The notes beneath the pieces are model-generated. The model made no database searches, was not told the origin of the DNA, and worked only from the letters and a program-made list of their open reading frames with translations. From an uncultured Clostridia bacterium (GTDB lineage Bacteria > Bacillota > Clostridia > Christensenellales > UBA1242), in the NCBI GenBank assembly GCA_947626155.1, contig CANQRC010000003.1:1-47092 (forward strand): DNA of 47,092 nucleotides, in the 5' to 3' direction. Shown piece after piece: positions 29,501-33,573 of this stretch. Position 1 is the stretch's first letter, and each line of letters starts with the position of its first letter. A program made the position numbers and the translations under genes.

Positions 29501-30064
29501 AAAACAATCACGCTTTCAAGTCAGTTTATTGCCGACAATCAAATTGAAGGCTCTGTTGGAATTGATGTTGTGTTTGCGCGCGAAGAATGGGAAGATTTGA
29601 CACTTGAAATAGAGGAGTTGTCGGGGCTTGGCACAAACGAAAATCCATTTTCAATTTCAAGCATAGAAGATTTAATCTTGATGATGAGGCTTGTAAATGG
29701 CGGAGAGGTATCAAGGCGAGGAATTAAATATGCTGATGCTTCATATGTTTTGCTTGCAGATTTAAACCTCAACGATAAATTCTGGACGCCAATTGGCACA
29801 GAGGAAAATCCATTTAACGGCAAGTTCAACTTCAACGGGCATAGGATTGACGGCGTCAACAACGCAATCTTCTATGAACAAGTTTATTACTTTGGCCTGT
29901 TTGGAGTGCTTGGCCCTCGCGCCACACTTCTCATGCGCGCCGAGACATACTGGTATATTTACCTCATTGTGTTTGGCGCAATTGTTCTCTTGGTTGTCCT
30001 GTTTATAGCATTCTTCTACGCGAGAAAGAGAAAGAAAACAATAGATGAACTTTCAAAAAAATGA
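11495..30064 (+). CDS. giant (about 6,189 aa) cell-surface repeat protein / putative adhesin with signal peptide and C-terminal TM anchor
   Basis: Uninterrupted ORF. ATG 11495 is preceded by GAGGGG (11485-11490). The N-terminus MKKNFFFLLIMIFSICGALSYFETPAQLSYA is a signal peptide. The body is modular (see sub-features). The C-terminus has a hydrophobic helix plus RKRKK. No LPXTG-like motif was seen near the C-terminus. Confidence 0.9.
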   Translation: MKKNFFFLLIMIFSICGALSYFETPAQLSYAVSTNVSTWDLNGKDSYEDLGGSDFQGVTESEYFATSNAAYINSARGFAYFAYLVNNNKDTMSTKTVYLNVDVDLGDYEWKPIFNFQGDFNGQGHYVYNLKITKVTQSSGQYYAGLFGSYSASSKKSISNLHLRNADINIQNGVSGTAYVGGILGGLGVNALSSSNSASVSNCSVKGNISVKSSSGSVDVGGVIGGVWNNDGVSKIMSSGKITVDAANINVGGLVGSFVSGALKNSYSEADITLNSSNETSVKNVGGLVGYLKDSASNSSSWYTRVANVSDSYFKGVVNTPQSYVRVGGIVGRMDVLGAEENNTISNVFNVGQITAGNVSTNASKAGLVGWATWQTGKTGSGLLKNSFAKDFSTEQLFKTNSSSSGSQSFSGKGLVGSELANLDEFSKTKGFYENEKFWETENAWDFENTWEIQSGLNEGLPYLRGVYQMGAANNDQDLSQQAQLRGAGTAQNPYLIETAGDFAYLTSTSTIWNGNYFSLQNNIDMSNKTWVPIGNENNPFSGVFDGNGFTISNLTSSYLNAFSSIGLFGQTQNAVIKNLTIENCDFYSTASAKIGAFVGTAGSETYLINVKNSTSYNAVGDGNVTKIKGKLNAEGRENFDGYDITIDPNGGTFYSPNKQAYRGEYHIILREDGSVLSQEIDTTFGRSIPDISTQYGKADTIIRRGYKRLGFSASKEDNVVSDAGAEVLTDAEQILAAAKENLQLYTVWLSGADGALLTQELYVVYNQYEVANFDAELNSGASYLTSKFYSQNREFNLDGFGATYGHGETIDGINEDNVYAKFQLIYDAQTEEYENVLWGEPEYSDGTVKKLRDGFVVAGLHTGFDGTDFEDDVISPSFGFINEQFSPVLYAEWKGLPSSGGSEGNYSQKLKITFKKSIDSTQKWTGFDNFTWEEVFGISKEKNVHLEGISTDEQVHTYSQNSIGSQTEDLVVEFTFGTNYSDRANNYLHLYTDNIQAGFNMGRASLKNSPEDTNFGKLKTTLDVDDETGLHNFDISGTKIYNLVGDNELEIYIERQEIFSDVTISDNVQFALSPFVEVEGASSYEISITKGEESKAISAEEQIFGYDFKNNQVLLMSKDGAIKEESLTDEFKLDTADEKLLFTVTYHLNDADTQKFYYVYKYEQKGDNNWLALYSADEDGNEKLLIMALKDVEATNKEIQSQLVTFSNSKQNFALIYKTEEGFSVSTREPNFLEAVKVEGKEGDAVVRGYFGYKDVNEFAGRGIALLTSYNSIFLNYNFEYDGNRNQELFDTFKQASTLVSQANYQTTTDGPTSELSMAANAQKYFRLNTSAKVTLVSVELQKDAQGQTPAAVNNEYTISEPFSFNIDLDEGKEKLVAGQYTVTVHFEDVTYSVNYGAKFVSHSNMKNFESLVGKGENYTTLLKDYDGDYLTVSENLQDAQEKSSKLENADAEVKLLQKTDLLYNDEISLKQNEENVGKIGVNYYGFYLRTNTGRELNKRVEYSNTLGAIYDGVSRTTGEDSAVGKYILNVIVIFEVREMTLEVSNTIIVENFDNTGVESHATLNKDLKIEFSSTPKKYEYKNISGDGQSTTLNFAFPISSQGNEVGYDIVGVRILHGGEKVDLDDGQWESENSGTPNAFEKDFKETFDKLLENQTETTQNYSFQIVVKQKVAEIILHSGAGETYRQENSRAGKVTNSNGEDVTNNAYTTTAYFGGSTVSLTDGTVMIGEKAEFIRNLFVTRYGYTPNGWNIHYGGDGELEDLYIGYSFTFNLSTQQYSTYEDGSYKFHIYMCWDALGFKISFDSNGGEERVADLSIDFDEKIDFNSLKTVSRAGYSFKGWALQNNLLFEYSGTQFSIANAVISGDSVIISDTKYFAKDGDEWLYAYSGNIQLLAQWEANSYKVTVDFNRKSAGGETKTFDIIYEKQDEFKKILSDEELLNLTRSKFTFAGIYYILNDNLVQLLESNLLVNGEMGVDITSHTAAGTNVLTLYVGWTFDYENGYSLELTDKDFEQQVYDGSAKTIDLSKKFTADNIASKSGFVIPGKDGKFIGVEEDNNVSLSFEVDGQARDQFTVSQTNAGQYIFYLTLVLTDNSKNVSGQDIVGQVAISFTFTITPASVDAQTDDEQYRFVFAKMIIEPYYIKSEIDELENFEAIVSYLSEKESARAGDADTLLTTAEPQDAFNYIIFKHYNLGITTGTQYVDYKNWTYQDYLDYKEENGEEVENVRNLLTYFDYFTYGSQEKNFEASFSSQGIFSLGELATKDELSITSIKIYTDVASFMPNLSYTLRVFVDAKDKQKLNNFYLSTDGEDYYFDFGNATLLKEVLEVNNHSDYDFAYYMMTSSSRVEAGFDADIENEQLQDKIKLAKDALKTKYGRDFYLVDAERLIFASANVFTSTTGSAEKDTTYTFKQEGDFLHFDNVLAYALKDIEVEPNLFEFENVSSIFNLTMNESYEFKILGLQDVYHIVLQANYFTQQDGEFVTSVLDATTLQELKVSTDFLKDFLYISDVRYTSNESVGMLSLDDTKSLSERKRVYADERVFIADIMTMNGYQIDIYVSRAVTQITFNTKQFINNNVGIFAWKNSDMVSESELKAQWTLPISYTWEAETVADQEFSAQTISLYAIYTDLIYVSYNNIPGEDEIPAERRSHALIKLGVSTYDDVYKPEVSGFTLDSLIYSGDITFKGLFANGGEGIYHPTFYDANSPASIFKCVDITCYWTMDVDILYEAFNGDNYVYTTDIYDFTDTWNVNTLLHIRNENNVLFDYSYKWVKVLDGEEKVISQTEEFALEGKGSYAESGKYKLYITSNLKEKYSKYVAEDGVRGGKTDYTFTLNFVRRKLTSITPSNTTADYNGREQISDWSITFTYTNSRGREASYSSTYSPDSAFLIKYEDAETKSMKDAGVYTIRYTISSDDYDISELDQDSYNVFDENGTYYYQFEYTINAIVVEIDTFEVEKTFNTLVGQTVFIQNVTVSQTNETIAVELTRDESHKSDEHVGEYSLYLDGSGEYTKNYILKKGETTLVDKGEILDTKTVLGTLKIKQSGGLTVTFEDLTTSTYTTSFKKEGFSFEITTQDGKIVLKIVSGGNAEQTYNLQLLDKSAGSVITEKVILDILIENLSDITESFRSEANGETATTVKNSGTYYYETQIGENFLKYYQTFEISNAFKFVIEKAKINSDTWKISKTYDGTNTLNLNLQGEALEDETEMYVVATFTSGFHAGTNLRVTLALAGESEDLSNYTLTKTEFEDGEIKQRNATITFGTTKTQYEYGEVSASNFKTILQRESVKDGGTDVSNILYDNTYELSYELTAKEDNLTQSDRGFYYVGTYTFKIQTISSQDFVFTIEVPTFSIVAKNVTHVVTPVSRTILDSVETDITDTYTDPVTGDVITLHYTIKETDYNNNGRYKQGTYNFVLSSCTSDPEKLKDNFNISIDENNNGLTVTVAATTLYVEISDEQILSQTYNAKTYEFQVSGSALSLKNSTQEQTSVNLTFYIKTDENGGRETITSVDASGLTIYSGRETDTTFKDAGTYTLLLKGTVDGYTAVSFAKKYDFVIGKVTLTVSDETVTKTYDKTTKISSISVTGAISGDDVVVSGEFEDSNVNKVVDGEVQLWNVQLSLSGTAASNYALSKDTIKGEIQKADAEIEYSGQTTAIFGEIDKNFSFDSKVTVKATDKSEVARSQYELSVSISRTADGDLYSEANYLHAGSYTITFSAVESATRNYNITQKSITLTVTARQIQIVFVTSGQIKAFFGDKSTQTNQIDYVYTVPRYNETISLVLTREKAETNAIGYYKITGATVKTGETYSDDYSISSVSDNTPEGEGAYQIVAPDVPLYVLLGEADTINKNSYSDLLKIEYDGKVYSSISIGGDAETGYELVVTSSDGETSHRFKISFYTVDEAGQVYTKHDAVAGLSSQFSYVGALSKDVGTYAMRAYSTVAGDYSQNVKLGLYGEQNCFKLSITQRKVTLKVADNIFSREFTNAQAVYHFTSAESQDMLSNLVSGEGLGFTLTMYENTAEAGQAPVKGGIAKYVNASSDYILGGEIDPTDANRKNYILSVENVVGKITKATLYIVIDNSKLIFDYGTLKNDENLPFTYDAPASVINFSSYLEDETSKQRLDFDIKVDAENASISTSGFLDVGFYDVRVYTKSVLDFDLQYMVNGTIYNADEGRIRAARVEIEQIPLTITEKDGLALSTLFTKRYDGTKTIDFKDGDQLKFNLVGVLEKDLVTLENVEYENSLDGERIPIIFTFNGDDVGNYNLSAIVGSYFGTITAVQVNIAFDTKAEAGDEIVNQDGKGVSEIIVKYPFASGNIMASSVTPGAIFPTDIRGKAGHAFLGWYMLFEDIEENSKEYNLLVNYSQNMQFTYSERIFKVKIENNTLAVDFFKALLEDQTLGFYYQDEKFTTNGQPITFTLEADWSVNSYEVTINIVDENGDKFAEEYDLATVKYGTAQTLTQETEMFDIKGHTFSHMVVFDYGFKVGFILPEDAKCTFIGFYLGTTPINELADDNFRADSTLLSITNVKEAYEINLRFKIRTVEVSLDFSDCRTATVANTDDFTSQGDRIWAWQTNYYALKENSTSIKDLLDLAQVQFAGYNLTSLGTHSAEQFEQTHLFEILPSELIDDRYVLTLLGSFEAKQISVTLHFGYDKDEGEGEKVETHEITFDTTFGEAEWWQETPTRAGYDFVEWSTSNSGDGHKVDGQTQVTQEEAYVLYAIWEKQKITIHFEVENATLEFQAVEGLTVIQYAWGYEIKDIEYAASIIFTITPRLGYGLGELPKEFSVVEGNRYQFTVPANPDREQFLVFKLPVNKNNNQVTLSGDEHVSTVAAFEGETSKDVEADQFEVLTDTAFRIEVTAEKGYEMTEEFSVTGNPDENTDFNISSRVNTIMLENEERSVLTVSVTGIKSGLNFVFSTAPRRNTILVAFKDPEDNNSLEAIDDVYYNGASHTVTENPLALTVLTGTSYDFHVKFAYGFDYQKGDFEADKISVSDDAVSEYEGYVKFTISGAETDGTITISTLRKQFTLTLKVVSYDTEGQLVEDVSNNVAFVNNENGADGVLVDYNTEAILTVQKATAFDFEGWLEDYNSQPISGAEQFRYKVVADKTLYAVFYEGESYRIWFGTVLLEETFVEQEQNLVKYEDYRIYDDGGLFFDKDEVQLQSDSSAQFSFIKNISSTEFMYELPLGFDFVGVGYYLNGDFKVAFRGEFDTLNGKAIFTLAGSQLASDVTKVYAILQAKDVVLNFSSEIEIEGAISEDDVDDPVGDVSIRSGSNVVNSFGYINYTRIHYSGEDFVGGKLLSTSQFSVMAYSNCNFEFLVKIRKKGYMLSRIDYSGDISIYNKEEQTEDGLLYTIYILSTNTGSFDIKLVYTSQLNFVDLSFVSERTGNDYEVDGGVFDVQIDENSVGRAWTTNNQTAMATVSGYTNVGFKVTAYIRAGFTYKGLFVLAADDMDIITAEALYETLVIEDTGFTGKVTFSVANFLDLNKVKIILTPTVYTVLFKDDNTTLLTKEVYFYENFEFDNVEMSKLQAKKTNYVYQGYFTRQNGAGKLYVNSDIMFVGPWLENGYVLNSITPTKFVLEDNAQKLPDGTIEISLYLYMSYLKTRITFSFNTPLDFGLTAKDLISGIDDYNSWYYFTEPMSIEVAYGTDIRFVGPKISGYEFYKMIISQRRPGESDWTEIDTSNYGSSNNIPWLSDEADPYAECRVELWYFREISVQIRGGLGKFTLSQDGYDASSRGNAYALNQKGYYDPNKEVTVTAEADYGYEFVSWSSYPLIGRPTTNPVYTVTPAATRQLSLRLVFAGKGVLLRFEYDNTNGKITEASRKGFDGESLGAIQNPTDFSVLVGDTLTLCVYNSPNYGLSWTIRYSLGETQAFTDIKFVKYQSGHQYFEFKVLPEFIPVDWTEGYFPEVVITPIFESERLSVFITTSLSEDLENAVDENNVKNIGYLTYLGNAVESFTADISSDIQIEVVAMDRYSISQITITNKGNVLDDLTLFDGKTITLSSQFIADNQIEGSVGIDVVFAREEWEDLTLEIEELSGLGTNENPFSISSIEDLILMMRLVNGGEVSRRGIKYADASYVLLADLNLNDKFWTPIGTEENPFNGKFNFNGHRIDGVNNAIFYEQVYYFGLFGVLGPRATLLMRAETYWYIYLIVFGAIVLLVVLFIAFFYARKRKKTIDELSKK
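11783..11890 (+). other. head motif 1 (W-x-P-I ... F-x-G-x-F-N/D-G-x-G-H/F)
   Basis: VYLNVDVDLGDYEWKPIFNFQGDFNGQGHYVYNLKI. Confidence 0.5.
11921..12660 (+). repeat. GLUG-like glycine-rung beta-helix repeats
   Basis: About 25-35-aa periodic rungs: YAGLFGSY, VGGILGGLG, VGGVIGGVW, VGGLVGSFV, VGGLVGYLK, VGGIVGRMD, KAGLVGWAT. Confidence 0.55.
12953..13255 (+). other. head motif 2
   Basis: GAGTAQNPYLIETAGDFAYL...YFSLQNNIDMSNKTWVPIGNENNPFSGVFDGNGFTISNL...IGLFGQT...IKNLTIENCDF. Confidence 0.55.
16520..17490 (+). repeat. Listeria-Bacteroides-type (InlB B-repeat-like) repeats, cluster 1
   Basis: FKISFDSNGGEE...SRAGYSFKGWAL...LLAQWEANSYKVTVDFN...SKFTFAGIYY...LTLYVGW, and upstream RYGYTPNGWNIHYGG. Confidence 0.55.
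17510..24350 (+). repeat. array of diverged MBG-like (Y-D/N-G / Y-G) Ig-like repeats
   Basis: Recurrent module boundaries include QQVYDGSAKTIDL, TADYNGREQISDW, ISKTYDGTNTLNL, KTQYEYGEVSAS, VTKTYDKTTKIS, GEIQKADAEIEYSGQTTAIFGEI, GKITKATLYIVIDNSKLIFDYGT, FTKRYDGTKTIDF and VGNYNLSAIVGSYFGTITAVQV. Confidence 0.5.
24475..25690 (+). repeat. Listeria-Bacteroides-type repeats, cluster 2
   Basis: GKAGHAFLGWYM, NSYEVTINIVDENGDKF...IKGHTFSHM, ISVTLHFGYD...PTRAGYDFVEWSTSNSGDG...YVLYAIWEK. Confidence 0.5.
25700..29600 (+). repeat. chain of degenerate ~90-110-aa beta-sandwich modules ending in [AVT]-x4-G-Y/F-x-h (divergent B-repeat-like)
   Basis: FTITPRLGYGLGEL, IEVTAEKGYEMTEEF, HVKFAYGFDYQKG, VQKATAFDFEGWLED, LVKIRKKGYMLSRI, VTAYIRAGFTYKGL, KKTNYVYQGYFT, VGPKISGYEFYKM, VTAEADYGYEFVSWSS, VYNSPNYGLSW. 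Confidence 0.4.
29630..29915 (+). other. head motif 3 (membrane-proximal, followed by a single rung)
   Basis: GTNENPFSISSIEDLILMMRLVNGG...YVLLADLNLNDKFWTPIGTEENPFNGKFNFNGHRIDGVNN...YYFGLFGVLG. Confidence 0.55.
29948..30022 (+). other. C-terminal transmembrane anchor of giant protein
   Basis: YWYIYLIVFGAIVLLVVLFIAFFYA, followed by a RKRKKTIDELSKK stop-transfer tail. Confidence 0.7.
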
Positions 30065-30106
30065 TAATTGCCCTTTAAGGCAAATAAAATAAAGCAAGGA
30101 GTTTTT

Positions 30107-30856
30107 ATGCTGCTTGCTTTATTTGTTTTGGGGCTTGTTCAGGGCTTAACCGAATTTTTGCCCGTCTCGTCGTCGGGACATATTGTGCTTTTGTCCAAAA
30201 TCTTTGGCATTGAGGAAAGCCTTTTTTTAAGCATTTTGCTTCATATTGCCACGCTTCTTTCAATTGTCGTAATTTTTTACAAGGACATCTGGAAGATGAT
30301 AAGGCACCCTTTTTCAAAAGACACAATTATGCTTGCCGTGGCAACAATTCCAACTTGCCTGATTGTGCTTGTGCTTATGCCAATTGTAAAACTTTCTTTT
30401 ATGGGCGGCTTTTTGCCAATCTGTTTTGCCATCACGGCAATTTTGCTGCTTTTTGGAGGAAGCAAAAAGTCGGGCGGCGCGCCAATGAATATGAAAACTG
30501 CATTTTTCATGGGCGTAGCGCAGGGCTTTGCAGTTTTTCCGGGGATTTCGCGCTCCGGCTCAACAATTGCCGCAGGCTTTTCTTGTGGGGGCGAGGGCGC
30601 AAGTGTCACAAAATTTTCTTTTTTGATGTCAATTCCAATCATCTTGCTTTCGCTTGCTATGGAGGTGTTTGAGATTTTAACACAAAATGTGCAAGTTACT
30701 TTGGAGGTTTTTCCAACAATTGTCGCGTTTCTGACGGCTTTTCTGGTGGGGATTTTTGCCATTAAGTTTATGCTTAAATTCAGCGAAAAGTCAAAAATGA
30801 AGTATTTTTCAATTTATCTTGTCTTTATTTCAATCTTGTCACTTTTTATTGTTTAA
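30107..30856 (+). CDS. uppP: undecaprenyl-diphosphate phosphatase (BacA/UppP)
   Basis: LVQGLTEFLPVSSSGH and PGISRSGSTIAAG motifs in a multi-TM protein. ATG 30107 with an AAGGAG SD is preferred over the track's TTG 30068. Confidence 0.9.
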   Translation: MLLALFVLGLVQGLTEFLPVSSSGHIVLLSKIFGIEESLFLSILLHIATLLSIVVIFYKDIWKMIRHPFSKDTIMLAVATIPTCLIVLVLMPIVKLSFMGGFLPICFAITAILLLFGGSKKSGGAPMNMKTAFFMGVAQGFAVFPGISRSGSTIAAGFSCGGEGASVTKFSFLMSIPIILLSLAMEVFEILTQNVQVTLEVFPTIVAFLTAFLVGIFAIKFMLKFSEKSKMKYFSIYLVFISILSLFIV

Positions 30857-30896
30857 TTATCATATTTTGGTGGGGCTGTCCAATAAAATATTTTCT

Positions 30897-33509
30897 ATGA
30901 AAGAATACAATAAATCTGTTGAAGAGGTTTTGGCGACATTTGGCACAACGCGTGAAGGCCTTTCGGAAGAGGTGGCAAGTGAGAGGGCGGCGGACACCCA
31001 AAAACTTTTGATTAAAAAAGAAAAGAAACAAAGTTTCCTCTCCAAATTTTTTGCACAAATAAAAGACCTTATGGTTTTGGTTTTGCTTGTTTCTGGCGTT
31101 GTTTCAATAATTATTGGAATAACCCAAAAGTCAAGCGGCGAAATTATTGACGGGGCAATCATCCTTGGAATTGTGATTATGAACGCGCTTTTTGGCGTCT
31201 ATCAGGAGCGCAAGAGCGAGAGGGCAATTGAAAGCTTAAAAAACATGACCGAGCCGGAAACGCTTGTCATGCGCGAGGGCAAAGTTTCAAAAATAAAGAC
31301 AACCTCTCTTGTTCATGGCGACATTGTGCTTTTAAGTTCGGGTGCAATTGTGCCTGCGGATTTGAGACTTATTGAAAGCGCCAATTTGAAAATAAGCGAA
31401 GCCTCCCTCACCGGCGAGAGCGAACCCGTCACAAAGGCGGCAGGCGAGGTCTATGCGGGCGAGGTCAACCTTGCGGAGCGAAAAAACATGGCATTCGCTT
31501 CAAGTATTGTTGAAAATGGCCACGGCAGGGGCGTGGTTGTGGGCATTGGGAAAGAGACCGAAATTGGAAAAATTGCCGAGAGCCTCAAAGACACAAAAAA
31601 AGAACTCACGCCGCTTCAAAAAAGCATTCAGGGCGTGGGCAAAGTCTTAACCTATTTAATTTTGCTTGTGGCAAGCATAACTTTCATTTTGGAAGTGGTG
31701 TGTGACCCAAGCCACATTTTGCGCGCATTTTTAACGGCCGTGGCAATTTCTGTGGCGGCAATTCCAGAAAGTTTGCCGGCGGTGATAACAATTATTATGA
31801 GCCTTGGGATTTCAAAACTTTCCAAGCAAAAGGCAATTGTCAAGAGGATGCACGCGGTTGAAACGCTTGGCGCGTGCGATGTCATTTGCTCAGACAAAAC
31901 AGGCACAATTACACAAAATAAGATGAAAACAACCGATTTTTTCACTTTTTTTGACAAAATAAGCCCTGATTTTGACATTTTTTTAAATTGCATGACACTT
32001 TGCAACGACGCCCAAATGGGAAAAGTTGGCTTTCAGGGCGGCTCAACAGAGGTGGCGCTTGCCGAGTTTGCCCGCTCTTGCGGCGTGAACAAAATTGATG
32101 CCGAAAAGAAATATCCGCGCCTTGACGATGTTGCTTTCAGTTCGGAAAGAAAATATATGATAACCCTAAATTCCGTGAACGGCAAGAATGTTTGTTTCAT
32201 GAAAGGCGCGCTCGACCGAGTGCTGAAAAAATGTGACTTTTATTTAAAGGACGGCCAAGTTTTCCCTCTTGACGAAAAGGCAAAAAACAAAATTTTGTCG
32301 GCAAACGAAAAGATGTGCGAAAAGGCGCTGAGGGTGATAAGTTTTGCCTTTAAAGAGCAGACAAACCGACAAATTGACGAGGAAAGCTATGTGTTTTTGG
32401 GGCTTTGTGGGCTTCAAGACCCGCCACGCCCAGAAATTGAGGATGCGGTCAAAAAGTGTCGCCGCGCAGGAATGAGGCCGGTGATGATAACCGGCGACTA
32501 CAAAGACACGGCTTATGCCATTGCAAAAAAAGTTGGAATTGTCAAAAGCGCCGACGAAGTGATTTCCGGCGACGAACTTGACAGACTTTCAAAGGAAGAG
32601 TTTGAACAAATTGTAGAAAAGAAAAATGTGTTTGCGCGGGTCAGCCCTCAGCACAAAGTCATGATTGTTGAGGCATTAAAAAAGCGCGGGCACATTGTGG
32701 CAATGACGGGTGACGGCGTGAACGACGCCCCAAGTTTGAAGAAAGCGGACATTGGAATTGGAATGGGCAAAACGGGCACGGACGTCACAAAGGATGTTGC
32801 AGACATTTTGATTACCGACGACAACTTTGCAAGCATAATTGTTGCGGTTGAGGAGGGAAGAAAAATTTACAGCAACATTCAAAAGACAATCAAATATCTC
32901 TTTTCGGCGAATATGGCGGAAATTTTGGCGCTGTTTTTAATCACAATTATCCTGCCCGGCTACACTTTTTTGCTTCCCGTTCAAATTTTGTTTGTAAACC
33001 TTATCACCGACAGCCTGCCGGCAATTGCGCTGGGCGTAGAGCCTGTTGAAAGCGAGGTGATGACGCTCAAGCCTCGAAACCCAAAAGAGGGACTTTTTGG
33101 CGGCGGAGTTGGAACAAGCATTTTTGTTTTGGGCGCAATTCAAACACTTCTCACCATGGGTGCTTATCTTTTTGGGCTGAGTTTTTACAGCGAAACGGCG
33201 GCAATCACAATGGCTTTTTACACTTTAAACTTCATTCAACTTTTCTATATGTTCACCGCGCGAACGAACGATTTTTGCTTCAAATCAAATCCTTTCAAAA
33301 ACAAGTTTTTCAACCTCTCGCTGCTTCTCGGCTTTGGACTTTTAATTTTGATAGCCACAACAAACCTTACCTCAATTTTAAAACTTCAAAAACTTGACGC
33401 CCTGTGCTGGCTTGTTGTTGCGGCCCTGTCGCTTTCAATAATTTTGATTGGCGAACTTTACAAATTTTTTGAAAGGCTTATCAAAAGACGAAAAAAGAAC
33501 TCTTTTTAA
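30897..33509 (+). CDS. P-type ATPase, Ca2+-transporting type (P2A-like)
   Basis: LTGESEP, ICSDKTGTITQNKM (phospho-Asp), IPESLPAV, MITGDYKDTA, MTGDGVNDAPSLKKADIGIGMG. 870 aa from ATG 30897 (MKEYNKSVEEVL...). The upstream part of the track ORF overlaps uppP and looks non-coding. Confidence 0.9.
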   Translation: MKEYNKSVEEVLATFGTTREGLSEEVASERAADTQKLLIKKEKKQSFLSKFFAQIKDLMVLVLLVSGVVSIIIGITQKSSGEIIDGAIILGIVIMNALFGVYQERKSERAIESLKNMTEPETLVMREGKVSKIKTTSLVHGDIVLLSSGAIVPADLRLIESANLKISEASLTGESEPVTKAAGEVYAGEVNLAERKNMAFASSIVENGHGRGVVVGIGKETEIGKIAESLKDTKKELTPLQKSIQGVGKVLTYLILLVASITFILEVVCDPSHILRAFLTAVAISVAAIPESLPAVITIIMSLGISKLSKQKAIVKRMHAVETLGACDVICSDKTGTITQNKMKTTDFFTFFDKISPDFDIFLNCMTLCNDAQMGKVGFQGGSTEVALAEFARSCGVNKIDAEKKYPRLDDVAFSSERKYMITLNSVNGKNVCFMKGALDRVLKKCDFYLKDGQVFPLDEKAKNKILSANEKMCEKALRVISFAFKEQTNRQIDEESYVFLGLCGLQDPPRPEIEDAVKKCRRAGMRPVMITGDYKDTAYAIAKKVGIVKSADEVISGDELDRLSKEEFEQIVEKKNVFARVSPQHKVMIVEALKKRGHIVAMTGDGVNDAPSLKKADIGIGMGKTGTDVTKDVADILITDDNFASIIVAVEEGRKIYSNIQKTIKYLFSANMAEILALFLITIILPGYTFLLPVQILFVNLITDSLPAIALGVEPVESEVMTLKPRNPKEGLFGGGVGTSIFVLGAIQTLLTMGAYLFGLSFYSETAAITMAFYTLNFIQLFYMFTARTNDFCFKSNPFKNKFFNLSLLLGFGLLILIATTNLTSILKLQKLDALCWLVVAALSLSIILIGELYKFFERLIKRRKKNSF

Positions 33510-33521
33510 AAGAGTTTTTTT
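33498..33521 (+). terminator. candidate intrinsic terminator after the ATPase gene
   Basis: AACTCTT (33498-33504) pairs with AAGAGTT (33510-33516). The loop contains the TAA stop and TTTTT follows. Confidence 0.45.
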
Positions 33522-33538
33522 ATTGTAAAAACAAATAT

Positions 33539-33567
33539 TTGCTTTTTCAAGTGTTTTGTGTTAAAAT
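33539..33567 (+). promoter_or_regulatory. promoter, leaderless layout (holB)
   Basis: TTGCTT (33539-33544), 17 nt, TGtTAAAAT (hexamer 33562-33567), then 6 nt (ttaaac), then ATG 33574. No SD. Confidence 0.55.
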
Positions 33568-33573
33568 TTAAAC

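Noticed and set aside
11495-30064. The giant ORF as an assembly artefact from collapsed or expanded repeats.
   Set aside because: I found no long near-identical nucleotide repeats while reading through it. The modules are diverged at the protein level and the frame is continuous with coherent start and end signals. Long-read confirmation is still advisable.
30065-30106. A hairpin TTGCC-ctttaa-GGCAA after the giant gene, considered as a terminator.
   Set aside because: The stem is only 5 bp with no following T-run. The giant gene and uppP are more likely co-transcribed or separated by a signal I cannot see.
30884-30899. A possible sixth leaderless start for the P-type ATPase gene (TAAAAT 30884-30889, 7 nt, ATG 30897), and a TATAAA-6 nt-GTG arrangement at 865-879 for the lipoprotein gene.
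   Set aside because: Neither has a convincing -35 or TG extension at the right spacing. The first has 7-nt rather than 6-nt spacing and may simply be co-transcribed with uppP. The second would need a GTG leaderless start, which is disfavoured. I kept both as unconfirmed.
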